From Anaerotruncus sp. (GTDB lineage Bacteria; Bacillota; Clostridia; Oscillospirales; Ruminococcaceae): a DNA stretch of 64,000 nucleotides. Position numbers and translations under genes: made by a program. Below the pieces are notes generated by a model. It had not been told where the DNA came from. It saw only the letters and a program-made list of their open reading frames with translations, and made no database searches. Positions 18,853 to 27,396 of the stretch are shown here, piece after piece. Within the stretch, counting starts at the first letter, position 1; the number at the start of each line of letters is the position of its first letter. The stretch spans positions 4,372 through 68,371 of the forward strand of contig JAETRV010000006.1 in the NCBI GenBank assembly GCA_021770005.1, written 5' to 3'.

Positions 18853-20061
18853 TTATCTGGAAACTTTTTTGAAAGCAACCGCGCCGGCAGCGGCCAGTGT
18901 GCCGATTCCGCCAAGGATCGCGGCTGTGACCATATCAGAGCCACCGGTCGAAGGAACCGGCTTTTTCAGGCTGACTTTTTCAATGATATCATCCTGTACC
19001 GCATCGAGATCCAGCTCGGTATCCGAAACGATATAGTTGGTCAGCTTGCGGGTCTTGATGCTCCATCCCTCAATATCATCCCAGTTTTCATAGTAGGTAA
19101 ACTCACTGGTAATATCAGAGAGGGTGCCGTCCGAATTGCGGGTGTAGATGTAAACGTTTTTCGGGTTCAGCGCGTTGTCCGAATCGGTATCCCACGGCAC
19201 ACCCAGTGTCAGGGTCGCGCGGGAAGTGGAAGGAACGGTCGGCGCGCCAACAAAAGTATAGAACCAGAGCTCTGCACCTACCGGGTCCGCATACTTGCGG
19301 TAGATCTCGCTATCCGCCTTGGTGGAGAGCTTCGCATAGAACTTGGATGCTTCGCTGCTCGCGTCAAACCGGAGGGTCGCCATCTCGCCCCACGAGATAT
19401 AGTTTTCGTCGTTGGATTCAGGCTTGAAGATAAACGCGTCGCCTGCTTCCGCGTCGGCGGAGGAACCCGACATTTCATCGTTGCTGATCCAGAAGGTCAG
19501 CTCATACTCCGCGGTATCGTATGTATCTACCGAAACACCGTTGTCCACCAGGATATCCTTGTAAACGCTGGTGGCAATATCCCCGGCATTGACATACTTG
19601 CGGGGCTTGAACGTCACTTCTACAGTCGCTTTTTTCTCCCCGGCTTCATGGGTGGAGCCGGTGGAAACCTTCAGATAAGCGGTGCGCCTATCGGGCGTAC
19701 TTCCGCCGAGGTTTTTGCCGTTGACCAGCTCAACCGATTTGATCAGCGAGCGGCCTTCCCCTTTTTTGGATGCTTTGAAGCTGAAGAGGCTGCCGTCCCC
19801 CAGCTTATTGATTGCATTGGCATTTGCGCCGCTGTCCTTTACCTGATAGGTGGAGCCGTCCCGTTTGGTAAAGGTGATGCTGGAGTCAAGGTCTTCAACC
19901 GGGATATAGTAGGTGCTGTCCGGGCGGACTTCGTCAAACACCAGCCCATTTCCAGAGAGTGTCAGGTCACCATGGCTGTTATACGCATCGGCGGCAAGGG
20001 CGGATACCCCCATACCAGCAACCAGCGCAACGGCCATCACGCAGGAAAGGATTCTCTTCAT
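18853..20061 (-). CDS. sortase-anchored cell-surface protein
   Basis: ORF 18853..20121 trimmed to ATG 20061 (AAAGGAGG upstream). Signal peptide MKRILSCVMAVALVAGMGVSALA. C-terminal sorting signal VPSTGG, then a hydrophobic stretch and KKVSR. Confidence 0.75.
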   Translation of the reverse strand: MKRILSCVMAVALVAGMGVSALAADAYNSHGDLTLSGNGLVFDEVRPDSTYYIPVEDLDSSITFTKRDGSTYQVKDSGANANAINKLGDGSLFSFKASKKGEGRSLIKSVELVNGKNLGGSTPDRRTAYLKVSTGSTHEAGEKKATVEVTFKPRKYVNAGDIATSVYKDILVDNGVSVDTYDTAEYELTFWISNDEMSGSSADAEAGDAFIFKPESNDENYISWGEMATLRFDASSEASKFYAKLSTKADSEIYRKYADPVGAELWFYTFVGAPTVPSTSRATLTLGVPWDTDSDNALNPKNVYIYTRNSDGTLSDITSEFTYYENWDDIEGWSIKTRKLTNYIVSDTELDLDAVQDDIIEKVSLKKPVPSTGGSDMVTAAILGGIGTLAAAGAVAFKKVSR

Positions 20062-20349
20062 TCGTAATTTGCCTCCTTTGAAAAATCCAGCTTTGAAATC
20101 GTAACCAACAGGGTCCTCCAATCCCTCTCTGTTACATTTCCAAGTATAACTATTTGTATATTCAATGTCAAGGCGTTCTACTTTCCAAATTATTCATATT
20201 GCACTATATATGCACCCATTTAGCCAATATATTCCGTCTATACTGCTGAATTATTCCAATAAAAAGGACTTTTATGAAAAGGCTGCCTCCATTTCCTAAT
20301 ATATTTATATACTTTAAGTATTATTTTCCTGTCCTACCAAATATTTTGG

Positions 20350-20388
20350 AAACAACACAAAGCCCCGCTGTGTTACCACAGCGGGGCT
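20350..20388 (-). terminator. intrinsic terminator ending the orphan 630-nt unit
   Basis: 12-bp stem agccccgctgtg/cacagcggggct with loop ttac, followed on the minus strand by UUUGUGUUGUUU. Confidence 0.7.
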
Positions 20389-20979
20389 TACATTTCCATA
20401 TACCCGCGCACAGGGCGGTTGGAGAGACCCGTCCCGTTTTGAGGGTTGCGTGCGGCTGCCCGGAGGGGACCCCCGCATACCTGAGGATTCCAGCCAACTT
20501 TGCAGCCTGCTTTCCACCTCGGGCTGGGCTTGCATGTGATACCGTTCCTCCAGCCTCCATCCCCTCCGGGCCAGACAGCAGCCTTTTGTTGACTGCTGTA
20601 TCCGGAAGGCATAAAAGGTCTATACGGTGAAACATACTTCCCACCGAATCCTGCTTCACAGGACCCGGCTGTTCAATTTGTCGCACGCGAAACCAACTCA
20701 GGGTCAGGCTCGCGAGAACTTGTCCGCGTGCTTTCGCTTGCGCTGGGTACGCGGGCGGATGCAAAGCGCCACTCCCCACTTTCCAACCGTCAGAAAGCTG
20801 TTCTGTGCGAACACGATCCAGATTTCCTCCCAGCTGGGTCCGCAGGATGTGATGCTGTAAACCCGGATGGTCAAATGTCGGTCAAGCCTCCTCCGAAGAG
20901 AAAACCTCCCATGCCCAGTTGTCCTTCCGGAAGCAATCAGTTCTGTCAACGACTGGAACCCTCCGTTCCATTGATTGCT
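20350..20979 (-). ncRNA. candidate large non-coding RNA (family unknown) or decayed gene
   Basis: Bounded by a consensus promoter (20986-21014) and a terminator (20350-20388). No ORF has an RBS. Local helices include GNRA-capped elements (ccgcgt...gcGCAAgcGAAAgc...acgcgg at 20724-20753). Helix ccuuccgg/ccggaggg around acagcag/cugcugu (20562-20609) has a G-U pair only if read on the minus strand. Confidence 0.4.
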
Positions 20980-20985
20980 GAATTT

Positions 20986-21014
20986 ATTATACCTCGAATC
21001 AGACGGAAAGTCAA
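20986..21014 (-). promoter_or_regulatory. near-consensus sigma-70 promoter
   Basis: On the minus strand: TTGACT (21014-21009), 17-nt spacer, TATAAT (20991-20986). Confidence 0.65.
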
Positions 21015-21021
21015 TCCATTT

Positions 21022-21069
21022 TGTAACCGTTTTGTAACTTTTATAATCTTTTTGTAACCGGTTTGTAAT
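21022..21069. promoter_or_regulatory. phased TGTAAC boxes abutting the -35 of the orphan promoter
   Basis: TGTAAC at 21022, TGTAAC at 21033, TATAAT at 21042, TGTAAC at 21053, TGTAAT at 21064. Spacing is 11, 9, 11, 11 bp. Confidence 0.4.
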
Positions 21070-21374
21070 TGTTTCCGCCCGTTGTACCTCTGTTCGACCT
21101 TTTTCTGCCCTTCTTACCGGCTTCCTGAGCGCTCGCCAATGACCCATGATGAAAAGATTTATGTCCATATTTCACACTCTGTTCAAAAAAAGATGCTATA
21201 ATATCCGCAAAGTAGCTATTATACCGGGCTTATGGCCAGAACGATTCGCGGGCAGCCGCCTGCTCCCGTTCCAATGGCCAATTATAGCATCTCGCTGCGC
21301 TTCATGCTATAATAGCAGTTGTGGAGTGGTATGTTATGCTTTTGCAAATAGTCTGATATTACGGGAGGATCATC

Positions 21375-22418
21375 ATGATATTAAAACGGTTTCTTGCTTT
21401 ATTCTGTGCATTCGCTGTTCTGCTCGGCGGATGTGGAAAGGAGGATTCCACACCTGAAAACCCAGAGGAGACATCTTCTGTCTCAGAATCGGAAGAGACG
21501 GAAGCGCCCGAATCGGAACCTGATGCGTCTGATACAGAGTCTGATCCGAGTTCCGATGCATCCGAGACGGCGGACGAAAGCAGCGCGGAGGCTTCCTCTG
21601 GTGAAGCGGATGCCGAACCGGTTCCGGAACAGCCGAAATCCCCTCCTCGCGTCTCGCTTTCCAACCGCATCATTGAACTGGGCGAGGTATTGGTTTTGCA
21701 CATCTCCAATGTGGAAAGTTCAGAGGTCGTTGCTGACACGGATCTCCCACACAATTCCCTGTTCTATCCGGATGGCGACGGTCTGACCGTCCTACTCCCG
21801 ATCTCCTATAATGAAACGCCGGGTAATTATACCCTTTCGATTCAGGCGCGGGATAAAACATTTGACTATACGATTATGGTGGCTGACCGGGAGTTTGAGA
21901 TTCAAAACCTCACCATCTCTGAATCTACAGTTGGTTCGACCAATACCGCAGAGGCGAATCAGGAATGGGAACAGAAAATTGAACCGCTCAAAATGCTTGC
22001 AAGCCCAGACAAATACTGGGAAGGACTTTTTATGCAGCCTGTGCAGGGAGAGATCACCACTGAATTTGGCAGCATCCGTTATACCAATGGTTCTGCAACC
22101 TCGACCCGGCATAGCGGCATCGACATCGCGGCTGCCCAGGGCACACCAGTCGCAGCCGCCAACAATGGAAAAATCCTTTTTGCAGATTTTTTGCAGCTCA
22201 CCGGGAATACGGTTGTGATTGACCATGGATTTGGCCTCAAGAGCTTCTATTACCATATGGATTCCCTGGATGTCAAGGAGGGGGATATGGTGAAAACGGG
22301 AGATATCGTGGGTGCAGTTGGCTCCACAGGCTATTCGACCGGACCTCACCTCCACTACAGTTTGTTGGTAAACAATGTGTTTATCAATCCATGGACCGCA
22401 TTTGAATCTGGGATATAA
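21375..22418 (+). CDS. M23-family metallopeptidase lipoprotein (LytM-like cell-wall hydrolase)
   Basis: 347 aa. Lipobox LLGGCGK, an acidic Ser/Glu/Asp linker, then HSGIDIAA...GNTVVIDHG...GSTGYSTGPHLHYSL. Confidence 0.85.
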   Translation: MILKRFLALFCAFAVLLGGCGKEDSTPENPEETSSVSESEETEAPESEPDASDTESDPSSDASETADESSAEASSGEADAEPVPEQPKSPPRVSLSNRIIELGEVLVLHISNVESSEVVADTDLPHNSLFYPDGDGLTVLLPISYNETPGNYTLSIQARDKTFDYTIMVADREFEIQNLTISESTVGSTNTAEANQEWEQKIEPLKMLASPDKYWEGLFMQPVQGEITTEFGSIRYTNGSATSTRHSGIDIAAAQGTPVAAANNGKILFADFLQLTGNTVVIDHGFGLKSFYYHMDSLDVKEGDMVKTGDIVGAVGSTGYSTGPHLHYSLLVNNVFINPWTAFESGI

Positions 22419-22443
22419 GCACTGATAAAACCCATCTGAAAAA

Positions 22444-22473
22444 ACGGCGCAGCCTTTGGTTGCGCCGTTTTTT
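22444..22473 (+). terminator. intrinsic terminator after the M23 gene
   Basis: Stem acggcgca/tgcgccgt followed by TTTTTT. Confidence 0.75.
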
Positions 22474-22538
22474 CAGACTTTTTGCCACATGTGATTTAGA
22501 GTCCCTACAAAAAAAGATAGAAAATTAAAAAATAGGGC

Positions 22539-22567
22539 TTGCAATTTAGATTGGTATGTGCTATACT
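22539..22567 (+). promoter_or_regulatory. promoter of tRNA-fMet
   Basis: TTGCAA (22539-22544), 17-nt spacer, TGcTATACT extended -10 (TATACT at 22562-22567). Confidence 0.55.
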
Positions 22568-22602
22568 AATCGAGTACTAAAAATTGTGCAAAAAGTGGAT
22601 AT

Positions 22603-22679
<77 letters not shown>

Positions 22680-22871
22680 AAAGACCCGCATGGCAAGCCG
22701 CTTTGCGGGTTTTCTCTTGCCATTTTTCCCTCACAATTTTGTTGCAGTAGGGATTTTTTTACTCGTTAGGAAGAAGTGCAGCAAAAGTGAATAAATTCTG
22801 GGCGGTTTTCAGTGCGATTTGGATTGCTGCACTTTTGTTGCAGCCCTATTTTTTGCCGGGAAAAATCTTCC

Positions 22872-24160
22872 CTACTGTGGAGTGTCCCTACTCGGTTCCT
22901 CTGTCCCCGGAAGGAAACCGCTCATCCGGTCGATGGCCTTCCGCTTTTCATCGTCCAGCACATGAGAGTACCGCTCGGTAGTGACGATGGAGGAGTGGCC
23001 CATAAGGTTCTGGATGATGCGAATGGGGACATTCTGCTCCATCAGTCGGGTGGCGAAGGTATGCCTGAGTGCGTGGACATTGACCCCTTGCAGCTCGCAC
23101 CGTTTGCAGACCGCCTGTACCCGTTTCTGGTAGGTTCGGGGGTCGGTGTAGATCCCCCGCTTGGAGGGGAAGATGAGGTTTTGGGGATTGGGCTGTCCCT
23201 CGTGAAGCTGAACCTGCCGGTGGAGCATGAGCAGCCGCTAGATGTTTTCATAGACCGGCGTTTCCCGGTTGCTGGTTTTGCTCTTAGGGGTCTCCTGGAG
23301 GATCAGCTCGGTCTTTTTGCCGGATGGGTCGTCAAAGAGCTGCACCCGTTCCAGATCCTTGCAGATACGGATGGTCCGCTTCTTCTCGTTGAGGTCGCCC
23401 CACTCCAACGGTAATATTTCCCCATCCTCGCCCCCGTAAAGAGGGAAAGGAGCATTGCCACCCGCAGGCGCTCGGAGAAGATTTCCTTGATGAAAATTTC
23501 CATCTCCTCCACCGTCAGCACCCGGCGTTCGGTGGGCTGAACCTCCGGGAGCCGAAGCTCGGCGGCGGGGTTTTCAATGATGATCTTCCCCCTGGCTTTC
23601 TCCAAGGCGGCATTCAGCACCACGAAGATGTTGTAGATGCTCTTGGGAGAAAGCCCGCCTTTCCTGTCCAGTCGCCCATTGGTTTGCAGAAAGTTGAGAT
23701 AGGTCTGCATATCAGCATCGGTCACTTTGTTCAGCGGCGTCTGGCCGAAGAAGGGCAATATCTGTGTCTGGTAAGTCTGCATATAGGAAGAATAAGTGGT
23801 GCGCTTCACCGAAGGCGGGGTCTTGTAGGTCTGGATAAAGTACAGCACCCAGTCGGAAAGGGAGATGTCTATGTCGATCCCCGCCGGGGGTTTCAATCCG
23901 AGGGGCGCACCTGCCAGCATCCGGTAGGCTTCCTGCTGGCGCTGTCCCCGAATTTCCTTCACCCGTTTCAAGAACTCCTTGTACTTTTTGGCAAGCTGCT
24001 CCTCGGTCTTGCCGGTGAAGGTCACCCGCCGGTATTTGTCGTTCTCATCGGTCTCATATTTCTGGAAAATGAGGTATCCATCCTTGCGGAGATAGAGGGT
24101 GCCGCCCTCGAAAATCTTGGCGTGTTTGGACGAAGGCGTGTAGCTTTTACTTTCTGCCAT
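22872..24160 (-). pseudogene. int: tyrosine recombinase/integrase, disrupted
   Basis: The N-terminal part is ORF 23303..24160 and the C-terminal part is ORF 22872..23228 (HALRHTFATRL...LMGHSSIVTTERYSHV). The frame is lost in the G4 run (plus-strand C4 at 23420-23423), where ...GARMG should continue EILPLEWGDLNEKKRTIRI... There is also an in-frame TAG at 23240-23238. Confidence 0.8.
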
Positions 24161-24455
24161 TGGTAACTCCTCCTGTTTTTAGCTTTGTGAGAATACAAGA
24201 ATCGTCAACAACAGCAGTTGAACGCTTTCCGGCTGCTATGGGGAAAGGCGAGGAGCCTGGATAGGATACAGGCCCGAAGTTAGTTCGCATCCAGAGGTAA
24301 AATTCCTCCTCCGGTATCCGGTAGCTGCGCCCCACCCGGATGACGGGGAACTCCCCGCTGTGGATAAGGCGGTAGGCCGCTACCTGGCCGATCTGGAGGA
24401 TGCTCTGGACATCCTTCACCTTCAAAACCTTTGGACAGGATAAAACGCCATTCAT
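24147..24455 (-). CDS. xis: excisionase-like MerR/Xis-type HTH DNA-binding protein
   Basis: ORF 24147..24536 trimmed to ATG 24455 (GGAGGGGGAG upstream). LKVKDVQSILQIGQVAAYRLIHSGEFPVIRVGRSYRIPEEEFYLWM. Overlaps the int start. Confidence 0.65.
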   Translation of the reverse strand: MNGVLSCPKVLKVKDVQSILQIGQVAAYRLIHSGEFPVIRVGRSYRIPEEEFYLWMRTNFGPVSYPGSSPFPIAAGKRSTAVVDDSCILTKLKTGGVTNGRK

Positions 24456-24788
24456 AAAAGCTCCCCCTCCCTTGTGGGCAGCCGGTTTCACCGCAGTATG
24501 TGCCGCTGGGATCAGCAGCATTTTTTCAAGGTACAAAGGCTCTTCAAGCTAATTGTACCAGCGGCGGGACGAAAAGCAAGAGCTTCACAGGCCCGAACCG
24601 GACTTTATTTTTAACTTCTTTTTTCCTACGGAGAAAAGGCCGCAGAAATACAAAAAAGACTTCCGGCGCCCCAGAGGGGTACCGGAGGTCTTCCTTTTTT
24701 CACGCTTTTATTCTACCTCAAAACAGAGAAAAAAGCAATACCCCAAAGAGGGGAATTTGGGGGGAACTTTGTGGTAGGGGTAAGGCAA

Positions 24789-24829
24789 GTGCAAGGCAAG
24801 TTTAGGGCAGGTGCAAGGCACATTTAGGG
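24789..24829. repeat. two 19-bp direct repeats with 22-bp phasing upstream of xis-int
   Basis: gtgcaaggcaagtttaggg (24789-24807) and gtgcaaggcacatttaggg (24811-24829). Further GCAAGG copies flank them. Confidence 0.6.
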
Positions 24830-24867
24830 AACGAGTAAGGTCGATTTGGGGCAAGGTATGTACCCGA

Positions 24868-25380
24868 TCAGGGGAACAGCTCCTTCTCCCCCTCTGTGAT
24901 CACCGACAGGGAGAACAGCAGCGCGTACTGCTCTGTCAAAGAAGCGACCGCCGTATCCCGCATCTTCCGCAGGGTCTTTACGGCCAGCTCTGTCCCCTCC
25001 TGCATCTCCCGCCAGGTCCGGCGTTCAAAGTAATACCCCCGAAGCACCTCCACCTGGGCCTTGTCCAGTTGACCCAGGTAGAAATCCAGCCGTTCTATGG
25101 CGTTTTCCAAGGCGCTCAGCCTGTGAATGACCGCTTTGTAGGCTTCCTCGTTCACTCGGTCGGCCACCTCTCGGTAGCGCAGAGCCACATCGGTGGTCTT
25201 ATCTGAAATGCGCCCGGAGCGGATGCCATCCCCCATTTGGTGGGATAAGGCCATCCCCTCTATAATCTCATCATCCCCGATCCTCACAAAGTTCTTCAGC
25301 TCGAACCGGAGGGAAGCGGCCTCCCGTACCATCCGGCTGTGGTTTTTCAGCAGCATGACAACATATTCCTTTGGCTCCAT
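24868..25380 (-). CDS. sigma-70 region-4-like / phage late-activator-like transcription factor
   Basis: 170 aa. The C-terminal part LDKAQVEVLRGYYFERRTWREMQEGTELAVKTLRKMRDTAVASL resembles a sigma region 4 HTH. Confidence 0.5.
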   Translation of the reverse strand: MEPKEYVVMLLKNHSRMVREAASLRFELKNFVRIGDDEIIEGMALSHQMGDGIRSGRISDKTTDVALRYREVADRVNEEAYKAVIHRLSALENAIERLDFYLGQLDKAQVEVLRGYYFERRTWREMQEGTELAVKTLRKMRDTAVASLTEQYALLFSLSVITEGEKELFP

Positions 25381-25600
25381 CGAAAGCCCCTCCTTTACAG
25401 CGATAATGCTATTGCTGTTTTTGGCAGAATAAGCCGCTATCTTGCGGATATTCGCACATCTTCCAGGAATAGGACCATCAAAAGGGTATGGCTCTATCGC
25501 ACAATAGCCTTATAAAATTATCCTGATTTCCTCCAGTTTCCTGGTCACTCATGCCTATCACCGTCCTTTCGTTGGGCCCTGGCATAAGCATAACCGAAAA

Positions 25601-26056
25601 CTACCCGGAAGAAACTGCAAAGTGGGTCTGCCACCGGTTCCCGTTTACCAACCGGCAAACGAGCCTGGAAAGCCACCCAGGAGGGGATTCCGAAATCTTT
25701 TTTCGGAGCAGGACGCGCCCGAAACCGGGCAAAGGTGAAAACAGCTCTGCGGCCATAGGCAGGAATATCCGCATGAGCCACAGATAGAGCCGCCGGAAAT
25801 CATTGTCGTCACAGCAGACATCCCACCGGTTTCCGCTGTAAACCTTCTCGAAGGTTGTGGCGGTGTGCCGCTTGTAAGGCAGGAGAAAATCCGGCAGCTC
25901 GTGGTGGATATGTCCGCAGCCTTCACAACGAAAGCGGCGGATCATCAGGATCGCCCTTGTCCCGTTGTCCTGGATAAAGTGCCGCCTGCGGGTGCCGATG
26001 GCGTGGAGCCTGCCCTCGCAGATCGGGCAGAGGCACGGCGCAGCTCTGCTCCTCAC
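25601..26056 (-). CDS. zinc-ribbon protein (resembles the DUF6431-type transposase-associated domain)
   Basis: 151 aa. CPICEGRLHAIG...IRRFRCEGCGHIHHELPDFLLPYKRH has two CxxC pairs. Confidence 0.5.
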   Translation of the reverse strand: MRSRAAPCLCPICEGRLHAIGTRRRHFIQDNGTRAILMIRRFRCEGCGHIHHELPDFLLPYKRHTATTFEKVYSGNRWDVCCDDNDFRRLYLWLMRIFLPMAAELFSPLPGFGRVLLRKKISESPPGWLSRLVCRLVNGNRWQTHFAVSSG

Positions 26057-26432
26057 ATAAAAAGGTTATTATCTCCCTCCTCGATCCTGTAATTCTCGCT
26101 GTCAATGCTGACCATCCTGTCACTTTCCCGCGTGATAGAAAGCTATCTCCTCCTTCCGTCCAGACGCCATTGCAAAAAACAAAAAACGCGGAAGCCCCCT
26201 TTCCAAAGGGCCTCCGCGTTTGACAACTTATGTCTATTTGCCGGTATCTGTTTGGTTTTCTTCTACGACCTGAGTTAGCAGTTTGAGAAAAAAGCGCCGC
26301 TGCTCCTTGGTACACAAAAGCAGCTTTTCCTGAATTTCCGGCCATTCATCCTAATATTCAAAAAGAAAACCGGCAGGGGTGTCCCTGGCTGGAAAGCATC
26401 ATTACCATATTGAAGGGCTGTTTCATGGCGGT

Positions 26433-26660
26433 TCAAGCCCGCCCTTCTTCCTGGGGCGGGCTGTCCGGAATATACTCTGCAATATCTTCTAATTTGCAGG
26501 ACAAAACCGCACACAGCTTATTCAGCGTTTTTGTTTCCATATTATCGTTTGCCCGAAGCCGCCGGACGGTCTTGCTGTCAATACCGCATTTTTCCCGCAG
26601 CTGGTAAGTTGAAACACCCCGTTCCCTCATCACCTGCCACAGCTTGTCGAATACGATCAT
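26433..26660 (-). CDS. XRE-family HTH regulator
   Basis: ORF 26433..26795 trimmed to ATG 26660 (GGAAGGGGGG upstream). MIVFDKLWQVMRERGVSTYQLREKCGIDSKTVRRLRANDNMETKTLNKLCAVLSCKLEDI. Confidence 0.75.
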   Translation of the reverse strand: MIVFDKLWQVMRERGVSTYQLREKCGIDSKTVRRLRANDNMETKTLNKLCAVLSCKLEDIAEYIPDSPPQEEGRA

Positions 26661-26762
26661 CCCTGTGCCCCCCTTCCTGTGTTGACAGGTATTAGTATGG
26701 GGGTTATAATCTTCTTTATTAAGGGGATATAACCCCCATATAGGGAAGAGGGGAAAACTTTT

Positions 26763-27284
26763 ATGAAAGAAATGTCCTGTGCTTTTACAGGCCATCGACC
26801 ATATAAATTCCCATGGGGATATGATGAGTCAGATAAGCAGTGTACTGCGCTAAAAGTAGCGATGGACGCTGAGATCGAAAAACTGATAACCGAAGGAATC
26901 ACCAGCTTCTTTTCCGGTATGGCGGAGGGTGTTGACCAGTGGGCGGCGCTTTCCGTTTTAACAAAGAGAAAGAGTAACCTGGCAATAAAGCTGAACTGCA
27001 TTCTGCCTTGGAAGGGACAAGCAGATGGATGGAGCCAAGCGTCACAAAGACGCTACCAGGAGATATTGAGGCAGGCGGATACCGTGACTTATGTGGGACA
27101 GGACTACCAAAAGGATTGCCTGTTAAAGCGCAACCGGCATCTTGTTGACTCTGCAGCTGTTTTGCTGGCCGTCTACAACGGTGAGTGGAGGGGCGGCACA
27201 GCGGCCACCGTGCGGTACGCGCAAAAAGCCGGTAGAAAAATTATCCTGATTGAGCCGATAACCTTAAAGATAACTTATCTGTAA
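26763..27284 (+). CDS. SLOG-superfamily protein (YpsA/DUF1273-like)
   Basis: 173 aa. N-terminal CAFTGHRPYKFPWGYDE... followed by ...FFSGMAEGVDQWAA...RNRHLVDSAAVLLAVYNGEWRGGTAATVRYA matches the YpsA-type pattern as I remember it. Confidence 0.6.
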   Translation: MKEMSCAFTGHRPYKFPWGYDESDKQCTALKVAMDAEIEKLITEGITSFFSGMAEGVDQWAALSVLTKRKSNLAIKLNCILPWKGQADGWSQASQRRYQEILRQADTVTYVGQDYQKDCLLKRNRHLVDSAAVLLAVYNGEWRGGTAATVRYAQKAGRKIILIEPITLKITYL

Positions 27285-27292
27285 AAAGAAAA

Positions 27293-27315
27293 CCGGCTGG
27301 GGATACCCCAGCCGG
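27293..27315 (-). terminator. terminator ending operon A
   Basis: Stem ccggctgggg/ccccagccgg with loop ata, followed on the minus strand by UUUUCUUUUU. Confidence 0.65.
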
Positions 27316-27396
27316 AAACGCAAACCCGCGTTTTGTATAGCCCCTGCTATATAAGCCTTTGGAAAACAGCCGGAGTACCAGCTATTTTCCTGCCCT

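Noticed and set aside
20704-21168. The 154-aa minus-strand ORF as a real gene or transposase remnant.
   Set aside because: It starts upstream of, and reads through, a consensus promoter and the phased boxes. Its composition is Trp/Cys/Arg-rich, and I recognise no family motif.
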